A stretch of DNA of 64,000 nucleotides from contig OZ254086.1 of NCBI GenBank assembly GCA_965267575.1, positions 2,176,001 through 2,240,000 of the forward strand, written 5' to 3'. The notes under the pieces were generated by a model. That model was not told the origin of the DNA, did no database searches, and was given only the letters and a program-made list of their open reading frames with translations. Shown here piece after piece: positions 48,425-59,324 of this stretch (within the stretch, counting starts at the first letter, position 1; each line of letters starts with the position of its first letter). The position numbers were made by a program, and so were the translations under genes. The DNA is from Calditrichales bacterium. GTDB taxonomy: Bacteria > Calditrichota > Calditrichia > Calditrichales > J004.

Positions 48425-49459
48425 TTAAAAGGGACGCCGGTTTTTTACAAGCACCTTGTGAAAACGCTCCGGATTTTCCAGTATCTGCCCGCAGCCGCGC
48501 ACCACGCAGGTCAGCGGATCATCGGCCACCAGAATGGCCATCGATGTTTCCTGGCGCAGACGCACATCGAGGTTGCGCAACAGGGCGCCGCCACCGGTCA
48601 AAATTACACCGCGGTCCAGAATATCCGACGCCAGTTCCGGCGGTGTGCGTTCCAGCGACATCTTCACGGCGTCAACGACCATGCCGATCGGATCGGACAG
48701 GGCCTCGCGAATCTCCTCGGAACCGATCATCAGAGTCTTGGGAATACCATCCACGAGATCGCGCCCTTTCACTTCGCGTTCCATTTCTTCTTCCAGCGGC
48801 GCCGCGGAACCGATGCCGCACTTGATCTCTTCGGCGGTCTTTTCGCCAATCAGCAGGTTATGGTTGCGCTTGAAGTGCTGGATAATCGCCTGGTTCATCT
48901 CATCACCGCCCACGCGAATGGAGTTGTGATGCACAATGCCGCTCAGTGAAATAACAGCGATCTCCGATGTGCCCCCGCCGATATCGACGATCATATTCCC
49001 CATGGGTTCTTTGATGTCCAGCCCGACGCCAATGGCAGCGGCCATCGCTTCGGCCACCAGGTCCACCTCGCGCGCTCCGGCCCGTTCGGCAGAATCACGC
49101 ACGGCGCGCTTTTCCACTTCCGTGATGCCCGATGGCACGCAGATCACGATGCGGCCGATCATCATTTTATTGACGGCGGCCTTTTTGATGAATTCTCGGA
49201 TCATGATCTCGTTGGCTTCAAAATCGGCAATAACGCCATCTTTCAGCGGCCGGATCGTTGTAATGTCGTGATGGGTTCGCCCAAGCATCTGCCGGGCCTC
49301 GTTGCCAACCGCCACTACTTTATCGGTGTTATCTTCCAGCGCAACGATGGACGGTTCGTTGACGACGATGCCTTTACCCTTGACATAAAGCAGGGTGTTG
49401 GCGGTGCCCAGGTCTATTCCGATATCCGATGTGAGAAAATTTAAAAACGACAAAGCCAT
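48425..49459 (-). CDS. mreB: Actin-like rod shape protein MreB
   Basis: 'GIDLGTANT', 'RPLKDGVIADF', 'DIGGGT', 'LTGGGALL'. Confidence 0.98.
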   Translation of the reverse strand: MALSFLNFLTSDIGIDLGTANTLLYVKGKGIVVNEPSIVALEDNTDKVVAVGNEARQMLGRTHHDITTIRPLKDGVIADFEANEIMIREFIKKAAVNKMMIGRIVICVPSGITEVEKRAVRDSAERAGAREVDLVAEAMAAAIGVGLDIKEPMGNMIVDIGGGTSEIAVISLSGIVHHNSIRVGGDEMNQAIIQHFKRNHNLLIGEKTAEEIKCGIGSAAPLEEEMEREVKGRDLVDGIPKTLMIGSEEIREALSDPIGMVVDAVKMSLERTPPELASDILDRGVILTGGGALLRNLDVRLRQETSMAILVADDPLTCVVRGCGQILENPERFHKVLVKNRRPF

Positions 49460-49479
49460 TCTCGCTCCAGTTTACAATA

Positions 49480-51009
49480 TTAATGTTTAAAATGACGCAT
49501 TCCGCTAAAGACCATCGCGATGCCCGCCTTATCAGCGGCTTCAATAACTTCCTCATCACGGATAGATCCGCCGGGTTGGATAATTGCTGTGGCCCCGGCC
49601 TCGGCCAGGGCTTCGATGCTGTCCTTAAAGGGGAAGAACGCATCCGAGGCAACCGCGGAACCTTGCAGGCTCAAACCCGCGTTTTTAGACTTCATGATAG
49701 CGATTTCTGTGGAATCCACGCGCGACATCTGGCCGGCGCCTATACCCAGCGTGCGATCGGCGGCGCAAAAAACAATCGCGTTGGACTTTACGTGCTTAAC
49801 GGCTTTCCAGCCAAATGAAAGCGCCTTCCATTCCTGCTCACCTGGCGCCCTTTTGGTAACCACTTTTGCCTGGCGCACATCGATCAGTTCACGGTCTGCC
49901 TGTTGCAGCAGAAAACCGCCGCTCAGCATTTTTATGTCCCATTGCGGCTTGTGCCAGCGCTCCGGCTGATAGGTAAGCAGGCGCAGGTTTTTCTTTCTGG
50001 CAAGGCGCTCAAACGCCTCCCGTGAAAAGGAAGGAGCCACGATACATTCGGTAAAGTATTTGCCCAGTTCTTCAGCCAGTTTATCGTCAAGCTCGGCATT
50101 CAGCGCGATGATTCCGCCAAAGGCCGATGTGGGGTCTGTCGCCCGCGCGCCTTCGTGGGCCGTAAAAAGGTCAGTACCCGTGCCGATACCACAGGGGTTG
50201 TTATGTTTTATGATTGTGCAGGCCGGTTCGTCAAATTCATTGCTAATGGTCAAAGCCGCCTGCAGGTCGAGCAGGTTGTTAAAGCTCAGCTCTTTGCCAT
50301 GAAGCTGTTTTAAACCTGCCATCGGCAAGCGGTGGGCGCTGCCGTAAAGGGCCGCCTTCTGGTGCGGGTTCTCGCCATAGCGTAAAACCTGCAGCCGTTC
50401 TCCGCCAAGCGTAAACGATAGCGGTGGTTCCGCGGCATCTTCAAAATAGTCGGCAATGGCTGCGTTGTAACGCGCCGTTAAGGCGAACACAGCGCCGGCA
50501 AATTGCTTTTTAACAGCGGCCGGCAGATTTCCGCCCGACTCCTCGAAAGCATCCATGAAGGTTTTGTACTGCCCGGGATCGGACAAAACCGAGACGTACG
50601 CGTGGTTTTTTGCCGCCGCCCTCAGAAGTGTGGGACCGCCAATATCGATTTGTTCCACCGCCTGGTCAAAGGTGACGTTATCGCCGGCGATGGTCTGCTC
50701 GAAAGGATACAGATTAACCGCCACCACGTCGATGGTATCAATTTTCAGCTCTTTCAACTGCGACAGGTGCTTGTCTGTACGTTTTGCCAGAATGCCGGCA
50801 TGGATGACCGGATGAAGCGTTTTGACCCGTCCGTCCAGTATTTCGGGGAAGCCGGTCAGATCGCTTACTTCCAGCACCTCCAGGTTTTCCTGTTGCAGCA
50901 GCTTTGCCGTGCCGCCCGATGAGAGAATCTTGTAACCCTTGTCTATTAAAAAACGGGCAAGATCGCTGATACCGCTTTTATCATAAACGCTTAGCAATGC
51001 ATATTTCAT
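49480..51009 (-). CDS. purH: AICAR transformylase/IMP cyclohydrolase
   Basis: 'GRVKTLHP', 'IDIGGPT', 'RYGENPHQ', 'KHNNPCG', 'SDAFFPF', 'RHFKH'. Confidence 0.97.
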   Translation of the reverse strand: MKYALLSVYDKSGISDLARFLIDKGYKILSSGGTAKLLQQENLEVLEVSDLTGFPEILDGRVKTLHPVIHAGILAKRTDKHLSQLKELKIDTIDVVAVNLYPFEQTIAGDNVTFDQAVEQIDIGGPTLLRAAAKNHAYVSVLSDPGQYKTFMDAFEESGGNLPAAVKKQFAGAVFALTARYNAAIADYFEDAAEPPLSFTLGGERLQVLRYGENPHQKAALYGSAHRLPMAGLKQLHGKELSFNNLLDLQAALTISNEFDEPACTIIKHNNPCGIGTGTDLFTAHEGARATDPTSAFGGIIALNAELDDKLAEELGKYFTECIVAPSFSREAFERLARKKNLRLLTYQPERWHKPQWDIKMLSGGFLLQQADRELIDVRQAKVVTKRAPGEQEWKALSFGWKAVKHVKSNAIVFCAADRTLGIGAGQMSRVDSTEIAIMKSKNAGLSLQGSAVASDAFFPFKDSIEALAEAGATAIIQPGGSIRDEEVIEAADKAGIAMVFSGMRHFKH

Positions 51010-51023
51010 TATTTTCTTCTTTG

Positions 51024-51644
51024 TTATTTCTGTTTAACAACCTTGTTATTTTCAACCGCTATTACGCCGTTTACCAGCAGCTGCAACGTTTCAGGATATA
51101 GCGCGTGCTCCACCTGCAGCACCTTTCCCGCTATCTCTTCCGGGCCGTCACCATAATCCAGCTGAACGGCGCGCTGTGCCAGGATCGGTCCTTTGTCATA
51201 CTCTTCGTCCACAATATGCACGGTAGCGCCGCTTACGCGCATACCGCTTTCCCAAACAGCCTGATGCACGTGTTTCCCGTACATGCCGGGCCCGCCGAAA
51301 AAGGGCAGCAGCGCCGGGTGGATATTTACTATTTTATCAGGAAATTGCCGGATCAGCGAGGGATGGATAAGTTGCAGCCAACCGGCAAGAGCGACATAAT
51401 CGGCCTTATATTCCTTTAGTGTCTGCAAAAGGGCCTCCGTGTAGCTTTCGGCATCCGGATATGATTTTCTTTTGAAGACAACGGCTGGAATATTGTAACG
51501 TTTGGCAATTTCAATGGCGCCAATGTCCGGTTTGGAAGCGATTAACAGAACAATATGGGCGGCTAATTTTTTATTTTCTTCTGCCCGGCATAGCTGTTCA
51601 AAATTACTGCCTCGTCCGGCGGCGAAAACGGCTATATTTTTCAT
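51024..51644 (-). CDS. purN: Phosphoribosylglycinamide formyltransferase
   Basis: 'GRGSNF', 'NIHPALLP', 'GATVH.VDEEYD.GPI'. Confidence 0.95.
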   Translation of the reverse strand: MKNIAVFAAGRGSNFEQLCRAEENKKLAAHIVLLIASKPDIGAIEIAKRYNIPAVVFKRKSYPDAESYTEALLQTLKEYKADYVALAGWLQLIHPSLIRQFPDKIVNIHPALLPFFGGPGMYGKHVHQAVWESGMRVSGATVHIVDEEYDKGPILAQRAVQLDYGDGPEEIAGKVLQVEHALYPETLQLLVNGVIAVENNKVVKQK

Positions 51645-51721
51645 CCCGCATCCGGCTGTAAATAAGCTGAAAATATAGGAAATAAAGCAAATTCAGTCAA
51701 TCGCGGCGCGGGGTTGTTTTA

Positions 51722-52648
51722 TTAGCTTTGTGAGATGTCGTTAAAGCTGTATGGCGCAAACGAAAAAAGACCACGGTCGCTGTCCAGCCTGCAGCGGATA
51801 CCGATTGGCATGGTGACCTTAACCGCGCCGTGCCCGTAAGGGAATCCCGCCAGCACCGGGCCGTTTGTTTTAGCCGTGTAATGTTTCAATATGTCATTCA
51901 TTTCAAAGCCGGGATCGTAGTTGTTTTCGCAATCTATAAAATCGCACCAGATGATGCCGGCAACCACGTCAAAAACACCGGCGTTCTGTAACTGGGCCAG
52001 GTAGCGATCCATTTTATAAACGTCCTCGCCAATATCTTCCAGGAAAAGAACGGCGTCACGGAAATCCGGGCAATAGGGCGAGCCCAGCTGCGACGCCACC
52101 AGGGAAAGACAACCGCCCAGGAGCGTGCCCTCCGCCTTGCCCGCACGCCAGACCTCAGGCTTTATTTCCTGCCAGGAAAACGCGTATTCATCGTCGCACG
52201 CAAGATAGTCCCAAAAATGTTTTTCGGTGAAAGACTCAATCCCCGCGCCCATTTCTACCGCTACCATGGGGCCGGATAAAGAAGGCAGGCGGCATTTTTC
52301 CCACAGCGCCAGTTGCAGCGTGGTAACATCGGAGTAACCGACAAGCGGTTTGGGATTCTTTTTTATCTCTTCAAAATCCAGGTACTCCAGAACCCGCAGG
52401 CCACCCCAGCCGCCACGCGCGCAAATTATCAGCTTCACCTGAGGGTCGCGGAACATATCCATAAGGTCCGCGGCACGCTGTTTATCCGTGGCACTGAAGT
52501 AGCCGTGGCCACCGGCAAGGTTGGCTGAATTTTTAACCTTAAAACCCTTTTCCTTTAAATAGGATATGCCTTTTTCCAGCCTTTCCGGACGCGCCGGAAA
52601 AGCCGGAGCAATTACGCCAATTGTGTCCCCGCTTGTCAATTTTATCAT
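51722..52648 (-). CDS. LD-carboxypeptidase (peptidase S66, LdcA/MccF-like)
   Basis: 'RGGWG', 'GYSDVT', 'GG.LS', 'FLEDIGE', 'YGHG'; ATG 52648 preferred. Confidence 0.9.
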   Translation of the reverse strand: MIKLTSGDTIGVIAPAFPARPERLEKGISYLKEKGFKVKNSANLAGGHGYFSATDKQRAADLMDMFRDPQVKLIICARGGWGGLRVLEYLDFEEIKKNPKPLVGYSDVTTLQLALWEKCRLPSLSGPMVAVEMGAGIESFTEKHFWDYLACDDEYAFSWQEIKPEVWRAGKAEGTLLGGCLSLVASQLGSPYCPDFRDAVLFLEDIGEDVYKMDRYLAQLQNAGVFDVVAGIIWCDFIDCENNYDPGFEMNDILKHYTAKTNGPVLAGFPYGHGAVKVTMPIGIRCRLDSDRGLFSFAPYSFNDISQS

Positions 52649-52782
52649 CCCGATATCCCGTCTTTGGTGTTTAAATTTTGCGTTTTGTTTAAAAACGGAC
52701 ACATACCGAACAGCACCAAAACGAAGGCTCATTATTCCGGTTGAATGCCCGATTTAGCAATATACAAATCCTTGGAAAATAT

Positions 52783-53007
52783 ATGAAAGTTATACAATGG
52801 CAATGGACGGAAAAGGCCGGCTGGCAGCAAGCGCAATCCGGCAACAATGCGTTCAGCGCCCAATTAATTTTATTTTTCGGAGCAGCCTGCCTTATGCGTG
52901 AACCGGACCGTACCGTTTTTTGCAAAAGTAACAAAGCACTTCCCGGTAAAAGGCGTTTTGGCAACAATACCGTCTTTACTGCTATGTGGGAGACATTGCA
53001 TGCATAG
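52783..53007 (+). pseudogene. Truncated, frameshifted remnant of a FIST (NosP-like) sensor gene
   Basis: '[22 protein letters not shown]' resembles FIST N-termini. The FIST-like continuation appears in a second frame ('[10 protein letters not shown]') and the ORF stops after about 74 codons. It lies directly upstream of a FIST-associated-type kinase. Confidence 0.6.
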
Positions 53008-55660
53008 GATTCTGCTGCGACAGCTTAAAAAAGCCAGGCGGGCCTCGGCCAAGGGCGAACTGGATATCGATCTGTTTTTGAATCTGGTTGATAAAACGTA
53101 CCAGGACTATGAGAAGGAACTTCGCCTGCACGATCGCTCCATGAGCCTCGTATCCGAAGAGTTACTCGAGGTAACAGGCCGTCTCGAAGATGAAGCGGCC
53201 CGTTTAAAAGCCATTATGGATAATGTTGCGGACGGTATTATCACGGTTGATAAAGAAGGTGTATGCCGCTCTTTCAATCCTGCCGCGGAAATACTGTTTG
53301 GCTATAAGTCCGGCGAAGTGGTGGGCGAGGGTGTTCAGAGACTGTTTGTAAATGTTCCATCAAATATTGCCCTATTTTTCCGTTACTATCTTTCGGCCTC
53401 AAACCAACCGGAACGGCTGGATGCGGGGCGCCTTATCCAGGGGCTGAGAAAAGACGGCACACGCTTTATTGTCGCTCTCTCCGTCTCCGAGATGTCCGGC
53501 AAAGAGGGTCCGCTCTTCGTCATGTCCGTGCGCGATATTACGCAGCACATCGAAACGGAAAATATTCTTAAAAATATGTCCAGCGGTGTTTCCGCCCATA
53601 CCGGCGAGGCATTCTTTGATGCGCTGGTAAATTACCTTAGCCGCACACTGAAAGTAGGCTACAGTTTTGTGGCCACTTTCTCCAAAGACCGCAGTCAGTA
53701 TGAGATTCTTGTCTCCAACAATACGGACGATATCCCCGCGCACCACGGCTTTCCAATGAATGACAGTCCGCTGGCGCAGATTGAAGGCAGGGGCCTGTTT
53801 AGTTTTCCCCAGGGTATTTGCAGTCTCTTCCCGGAAGACCCGCTTTTGAAAAGCCTGGACTGTGAAGGGTTTGTGGCCATTCCGCTTTATAATTCTGCTT
53901 CCGAATGCATAGGCGCCATCGTGCTGCTGGATAGCAAGCCGCTGGAAAATACCAGGATAAACGACTACATCCTGCATATCTTTGCCAGCAGGGCTGCGGC
54001 GGAGCTGGAACGCATCTACAATGAAGAAGAACTTAAAAAGGCCACGGAACAGGCGCGCGAGGCCAGTATTGCCAAAAGCGAGTTTTTGGCCAATATGAGC
54101 CATGAAATACGCACACCGCTGAACGGCGTCATCGGGATGAACCGGCTGATGTTGGAAACCGAATTGAATGCCGAGCAACTGGAATATGCCGAAACGGTGC
54201 GCCACAGCGCCGAATCCCTGTTGGGCCTGCTAAACGATATTCTGGACTTTTCCAAAATCGAAGCCGGCAAGCTGGAACTGGAATCCGTGGATTTTGACTT
54301 CCGCGAAATGATCAGCAAAACGGCCAAGATCATTGAATTCAAAACAAAAGAAAAGAACCTTGATCTGCATATTGATATAGACCCGCAGATACCGACCCAC
54401 ATAAACGGAGACCCTTCCAGGCTGCGCCAGATCCTGCTAAACCTGCTGGGCAATGCCGTTAAGTTCACAGAGCTGGGCAGCATCACTGTGCGCGTAAAGC
54501 GCCTGCCCTATAAAGGAAGCTTGCAAGCGGACACCGACAGTATTTTGCTGCATTTTTCTGTAACGGATACGGGCATCGGTATTCCCCGTGAAAAACAACG
54601 GCTCATTTTTGAAAGCTTTTCGCAGGCGGACGGCTCCACGTCGCGTAAGTACGGCGGAAGCGGGCTGGGCCTCGCCATCTGCCGCCAGCTTAGCAATATG
54701 ATGGGCGGGAAGATTGGCCTCAAAAGCGAACTGAATGAAGGGTCGGAATTCTGGTTTACCGCAAAGCTGCTGCCTGCCCAGGACACGATGCCGGCCGCAA
54801 ATACAATCAGCAAAGAAACAGAAATGCCGCTAAACGGCGCTGCCGCACTGATTGTAGACAGCGACATAACCAATCGCCGCGTTAAAACACGTTACATGGA
54901 AGGATTCGGTTGTATTTGTGATGAGGCTGCCTCCATGCGCCAGGCGCTTAGCCTGTTGGAGCGTCAAAACAGCGAGGGCGCGGAATACGCATATATAATT
55001 GTCGATCGTATCCTTGGTGATGAAGACGGGCTGGAATTGACCCGCAGGATTTTTGAGCAGGGCAAAAAGGGACAGGCCATGGTGGTTGTGGTTTGTTCTC
55101 AGGGCGATGATATTACTGCCGGTATGCTTCGGCAAGCTTATGCGGACGGTTACCTGTTTAAGCCTATCGAACGTGATGAACTGCTGAAAGTATGCCTGAC
55201 CCGCACGAAGCGGCAAACCGAAAGCGTGTATGTGCGCCAGGAAACAAAACGCATACTGCTTGCAGAAGATAACGCCATAAATCAAAAACTGGCCCGCCGT
55301 ATCCTGGAAAAGCAGGGTTATACGGTAGACGTGGCTGCCAACGGCAAACAGGCCGTAGCCGCCCATGAATGCGGCGATTACGATTTCATTCTGATGGACA
55401 TGCAGATGCCCGAGATGGATGGCCTGGAAGCTACGCGTGCAATTCGTGAAAAAGAGCAGGGCGGGAGCCGTCATGTGCCTGTTATCGCGTTGACGGCAAA
55501 TGCGATGCAGGGAGACAAAGAGAAATGTTTCCGGGCGGGTATGGACAATTACGCCTCGAAGCCGATCGTACCTTCGGAGCTGATGAAAGTAATCAGGTCC
55601 ACGCTTGAGCAAACAAAAAAGGCCGTCACGTGGGACGGCCCTGTAAAGCAGAATAGCTGA
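53000..55660 (+). CDS. Cytoplasmic hybrid sensor histidine kinase (N-terminal helical module, PAS, GAF, HisKA, HATPase, two REC domains)
   Basis: '[18 protein letters not shown]', '[10 protein letters not shown]', 'DTGIGI', 'GGSGLGL', '[18 protein letters not shown]'; no TM helices; GGGAG precedes ATG 53000. Confidence 0.93.
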   Translation: MHRILLRQLKKARRASAKGELDIDLFLNLVDKTYQDYEKELRLHDRSMSLVSEELLEVTGRLEDEAARLKAIMDNVADGIITVDKEGVCRSFNPAAEILFGYKSGEVVGEGVQRLFVNVPSNIALFFRYYLSASNQPERLDAGRLIQGLRKDGTRFIVALSVSEMSGKEGPLFVMSVRDITQHIETENILKNMSSGVSAHTGEAFFDALVNYLSRTLKVGYSFVATFSKDRSQYEILVSNNTDDIPAHHGFPMNDSPLAQIEGRGLFSFPQGICSLFPEDPLLKSLDCEGFVAIPLYNSASECIGAIVLLDSKPLENTRINDYILHIFASRAAAELERIYNEEELKKATEQAREASIAKSEFLANMSHEIRTPLNGVIGMNRLMLETELNAEQLEYAETVRHSAESLLGLLNDILDFSKIEAGKLELESVDFDFREMISKTAKIIEFKTKEKNLDLHIDIDPQIPTHINGDPSRLRQILLNLLGNAVKFTELGSITVRVKRLPYKGSLQADTDSILLHFSVTDTGIGIPREKQRLIFESFSQADGSTSRKYGGSGLGLAICRQLSNMMGGKIGLKSELNEGSEFWFTAKLLPAQDTMPAANTISKETEMPLNGAAALIVDSDITNRRVKTRYMEGFGCICDEAASMRQALSLLERQNSEGAEYAYIIVDRILGDEDGLELTRRIFEQGKKGQAMVVVVCSQGDDITAGMLRQAYADGYLFKPIERDELLKVCLTRTKRQTESVYVRQETKRILLAEDNAINQKLARRILEKQGYTVDVAANGKQAVAAHECGDYDFILMDMQMPEMDGLEATRAIREKEQGGSRHVPVIALTANAMQGDKEKCFRAGMDNYASKPIVPSELMKVIRSTLEQTKKAVTWDGPVKQNS

Positions 55661-57262
55661 TTAATTGATCTTGGCTATCAGCACCCTCTGAACACCTTCG
55701 ATCGCCTCCAGTTTGGTCAGCAGGTCGGACTGGAGGTTGCCTTCCACGTTAAACACGTTGAGCGCCGTTTTCTTTTTCGGCAAACGGCTGGAAGACATGT
55801 GGCTGATATTAATATTGACGTTGGCCAGAATGGTACCAACCTGACCGATAACACCGGGCACGTCTTCGTTTTCCACCAGGATCATTTGCCCGCTCAGTTC
55901 GGCGGCCAGCGTGTACTCCCCAAATTCGATCATATGGAATTGATTTTTTCCAAAAAAGCTGCCGGCTACGTGGATTTTTTCGTTGTCCGTTACAAAGTCG
56001 CAAGCGATGGCGTTGGAGTGTACCGTCAACGGTGTGTCCTTTTTTGCCATTTCGATGCTGATGCCGCGCTCCCTGGCAATCGTGAATGCGTTGACAGGGT
56101 TTACGATCTCGATATCCGGGTCTTCGGTTTGCGATTTCATGGCACCCACCAGCAGGTGTGCCGTAATCGGTTCTACCGGGACGCTGAGTACGGTGCCGTA
56201 GTAGCGCACGGAGATTTCCTTGAGCCGGCCGGATTTTATCTGGTTGTAAATGCTGCCCATGCGCTCGGCCATTTCAAAGTAGGGGGCAATAACGGGCTGG
56301 ATTTTTTCATCCACCGAAACAAAGTTGACCGCATGACGGGCCACGTTTTTCTGGAAATACTCGATGATCTGGTCCAAGATCTGGTCGGCCACTTTAACCT
56401 GCGCTTCTTCCGTGCTGGCGCCCAAATGAGGTGTGGCCAGTACTTTTTTGTGTTGCGCCAGTTTGTAGTCTTTGGGCGGCTCGCTGTCGAATACATCGAT
56501 GGCGGCGTGGGCGACTTTGCCGCTGTCCAGCGCGGCAATCAGGTCTTTTTCATTGACGATTCCGCCGCGCGCGCAGTTGACGATCACAACGCCGTCTTTG
56601 CACAATTTCAGATTTTTCGCGCTTATCATATCTATCGTTTGCGGGATCTTGGGGGCGTGCACAGTGATAATATCGGATTGTTCCATAAGCGTGTCGAGAT
56701 CGACCAGCTTGATGCCCAGCCGGGCAGCCGCTTCGCTGGTTATGATCGGGTCATAGCCAATCAGAACCGCCTCGAAGGCCTTCAGTCTTTTGGCCACTTC
56801 GCGTCCGATTTTGCCCAAGCCGATAACGCCGATGGTTTTCTGGTAGATTTCGTTTCCGATGAAGGTTTTGCGGTCCCATTCTCCGCGCAGCATAGAGGCA
56901 TTGGCCGGCGCGATATTGCGCATGGCCGCCAGCATCATCGCCAGTGTATGCTCGGTAGCGGCGATGGTGTTGCCGCCGGGTGTGTTCATTACTACAATGC
57001 CGCGCTTGGTAGCTTCTTCACTGTCGATATTGTCTACACCGGCGCCGGCACGCCCGATGACACTGAGCTTGTGGGCCGCTGCTAAAATATCAGCGGTAAC
57101 CTTGGTGCGGCTGCGGACGATCAGGCCATCATAATCCCTTATCTCTTCTTTCAGATCGTCCATTGAAATGCCGGCTTTGTTGTGCACTTCAATACCGTCT
57201 ACTTTGTCATATTTTGCCAGAATGGCTGTGGGCAGGGAATCGGAAACGAGAATTTTAAACAT
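55661..57262 (-). CDS. serA: D-3-phosphoglycerate dehydrogenase with C-terminal regulatory/ACT domains
   Basis: 'GRAGAGVDNID', 'GLGKIG', 'NCARGG', 'TPHLGAST.EAQ', 'DVPGVIG.VG..L..NINI'. Confidence 0.95.
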   Translation of the reverse strand: MFKILVSDSLPTAILAKYDKVDGIEVHNKAGISMDDLKEEIRDYDGLIVRSRTKVTADILAAAHKLSVIGRAGAGVDNIDSEEATKRGIVVMNTPGGNTIAATEHTLAMMLAAMRNIAPANASMLRGEWDRKTFIGNEIYQKTIGVIGLGKIGREVAKRLKAFEAVLIGYDPIITSEAAARLGIKLVDLDTLMEQSDIITVHAPKIPQTIDMISAKNLKLCKDGVVIVNCARGGIVNEKDLIAALDSGKVAHAAIDVFDSEPPKDYKLAQHKKVLATPHLGASTEEAQVKVADQILDQIIEYFQKNVARHAVNFVSVDEKIQPVIAPYFEMAERMGSIYNQIKSGRLKEISVRYYGTVLSVPVEPITAHLLVGAMKSQTEDPDIEIVNPVNAFTIARERGISIEMAKKDTPLTVHSNAIACDFVTDNEKIHVAGSFFGKNQFHMIEFGEYTLAAELSGQMILVENEDVPGVIGQVGTILANVNINISHMSSSRLPKKKTALNVFNVEGNLQSDLLTKLEAIEGVQRVLIAKIN

Positions 57263-57332
57263 GATATGCTCCGGTGTTAAAAATGGGTCAAACGGAAATG
57301 TAAAAATAGTCTATAAAACAGGCAAGAATATA

Positions 57333-57360
57333 ACGGGGTATCTCGCTAAAGATACCCCGT
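57333..57360 (-). terminator. Hairpin downstream of the FadL-like gene (probable terminator of the sulfur operon)
   Basis: Perfect 11-bp stem ACGGGGTATCT/AGATACCCCGT; a T-rich tail (TATATTCTT) follows on the minus strand. Confidence 0.65.
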
Positions 57361-57369
57361 ATGACGTAT

Positions 57370-58782
57370 TTAAAACGCGAAGCCTAAATCAAAATCCCAT
57401 TGATTCATCTTGAGTTCAATGGTTTGTGCCGGGTCAAAAGGATTGCTGCCTTTCACCGTATTGGAAAAGGCGTGGGTTATCGCAACACTCAGGGCGTTTC
57501 CGCCCAAGTTTTTTGTTGCACCAAATGAAAAATGGTTTTCGTTTACGGCCGGTGCAAGGATATTAAAAATTACGGCCTCTTCCGAAATCGGCTGCTTGCC
57601 AAACGAAAAACCACCGCGCCAGATCCAGTCTGTCGTTGCAGCGTATTCACAGCCGAGCTTTACGATGGTCATATCATCCCAGCCAAATCCGGCCCCGTTT
57701 TCGCTGCCGAGAGGCGCAAAATTAGGATTAGCTACAAATGCATTGCTCGATGCCGGTTGCGTTACATCCGGTACCATTGGCAACATTTTCGCCGGGTCAA
57801 GTCCATTGGCGATCGCCTTAACAGAACTATACTGAATCTCCTTTACATCGGCCATTAAAGTAATTTTTCCCACCGTATAAGAAATACCTGCGGTCCAATT
57901 TGCGGGAATATCAAAATCGCCTTCTTCGGCGAAAAGCCCTTTGTACTCATCAAACGCGCTCATATCAATTTCGGACTGGTAAGCAAGACCGAGTCTCAAA
58001 TTCTCCATAATTTCACCCTGGTAGCCCAGCTTAAAGCCAAATCCCGTGGAAGTACTTTTACCATTGTTGGTGAGCGAACCGCCATTGGCGCCGGCCATAC
58101 CCATATCCCGAAACGCCTGAAGGCCCGTGGCCTCAAACGTTTGGTAAGCAAAAACAGGCGAAAGGCCCAGAGCATGATTTTCAGTTATTTTGCGTGTATA
58201 GCCCGCAGAAACGAAAAGCTGCTCCAGGTTTACGCCGCTGGGGGCCCTTACGTTTGCCATAAAGTTTTGCGGACTTCCCTGGAACATTTGATCTATCGTA
58301 GAACTGTAGAATGTTTTCGCATCATATTCCGTATTCATGCCGCCGTTTCCATACACATTTAGTAAAAACACGTTTTGACCCGCTGTATAGGAAGCGGCCA
58401 GCATTGGTACAAAAAATATCGGATTTTCGCTTTCCACTGTTCCCGGGGTTAAACCCAGCGCCATAAAGCGTCCATCCGTTACGAAATTACCATTGTTGTC
58501 AAAATATCCCCAGTTTTGCGGTGGGGTTGGTGCTCCGCTTATGGTGTATTCTCGATTCGGGTTGAAAAGAGATAATGCCACTTCGAACTTAAAACCGTTA
58601 CCACCCATAAAGGCCGGACCTGCCGGGTTCATAATTGAAGCAGCCGCGGAATTTAGGTAGGCAATACCGGAGCCCGCAAGCCCTTTATTTTGTGTTCCAT
58701 ATCCATTAGAAAAATAGCCGTCCGTTGCAAAAGTGCCCGAGACTGAGAAAATGAGGGCGATAAGTATGGTTCTTTTTTTCAT
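57370..58782 (-). CDS. FadL/OmpP1/TodX-family outer-membrane channel
   Basis: Signal peptide; 'G...GLAG.GIA...A..NPAG' hatch motif; amphipathic beta strands; C-terminal Phe. Confidence 0.8.
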   Translation of the reverse strand: MKKRTILIALIFSVSGTFATDGYFSNGYGTQNKGLAGSGIAYLNSAAASIMNPAGPAFMGGNGFKFEVALSLFNPNREYTISGAPTPPQNWGYFDNNGNFVTDGRFMALGLTPGTVESENPIFFVPMLAASYTAGQNVFLLNVYGNGGMNTEYDAKTFYSSTIDQMFQGSPQNFMANVRAPSGVNLEQLFVSAGYTRKITENHALGLSPVFAYQTFEATGLQAFRDMGMAGANGGSLTNNGKSTSTGFGFKLGYQGEIMENLRLGLAYQSEIDMSAFDEYKGLFAEEGDFDIPANWTAGISYTVGKITLMADVKEIQYSSVKAIANGLDPAKMLPMVPDVTQPASSNAFVANPNFAPLGSENGAGFGWDDMTIVKLGCEYAATTDWIWRGGFSFGKQPISEEAVIFNILAPAVNENHFSFGATKNLGGNALSVAITHAFSNTVKGSNPFDPAQTIELKMNQWDFDLGFAF

Positions 58783-58820
58783 TTTTTAACCTTTATTCGG
58801 ATAAGAGCGGGGCCTTTTTA

Positions 58821-59285
58821 TCATGTGAATATTATTTGTCCACCCGCGGATACTTCGTAGAATTTACCGACGTTGATAACCTCTTCGGTCTGCTCACAGA
58901 AGTCATCCATGGTAAGTTTGAACATATCCACCGTTGCTTTACAGGCGTAGAGTTTTGCGCCCGCGTCGTGGATCATTTCAACAAATTCTGAAATTGGCGG
59001 TATATCCAGCTTATCCATCTCCTTCTTCATTTGCGAGGTTGCAAAAGCTGACATCCCCGGTATAATCCCCATCAGGGAAGGGATATGCATTGCCGGGTTG
59101 CCCACGGTCGCCACTTTAATTTTGTCCATCCGTTTTTTCATGATGGCTTCCAGGCCAAAAAAAGTAAAGAAGAGGTTGGCTTCTATGCCTTCCATCCGTG
59201 CCCCGTTGGCCATAATCAGGCCCGGGTATACCCCTTCAAGCGAGCCCTTGGAAACAACAATGGATACTTTTTCAATTGCTGACAT
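58821..59285 (-). CDS. DsrE2-like (DsrE/DsrF/DsrH family) sulfurtransferase
   Basis: 'LFFTFFGL', 'GAKLYACKATVDMF'; 154 aa. Confidence 0.85.
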   Translation of the reverse strand: MSAIEKVSIVVSKGSLEGVYPGLIMANGARMEGIEANLFFTFFGLEAIMKKRMDKIKVATVGNPAMHIPSLMGIIPGMSAFATSQMKKEMDKLDIPPISEFVEMIHDAGAKLYACKATVDMFKLTMDDFCEQTEEVINVGKFYEVSAGGQIIFT

Positions 59286-59324
59286 GTGATTTCTCCTTAT
59301 TTGGTTCAGCAGAATATTTTTGTT

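Noticed and set aside
52898-52999. 34-aa N-terminal extension of the hybrid kinase given by the ORF track
   Set aside because: ATG 53000 has a better RBS, and the upstream codons appear to belong to the FIST remnant. ORF-track starts for mraZ, murF, ftsQ, ftsZ, cpoB, mreD and the LD-carboxypeptidase were shortened for similar reasons.
55799-57085. 428-aa ORF antisense to serA
   Set aside because: It is a shadow of a conserved gene with no domain signature or RBS evidence.
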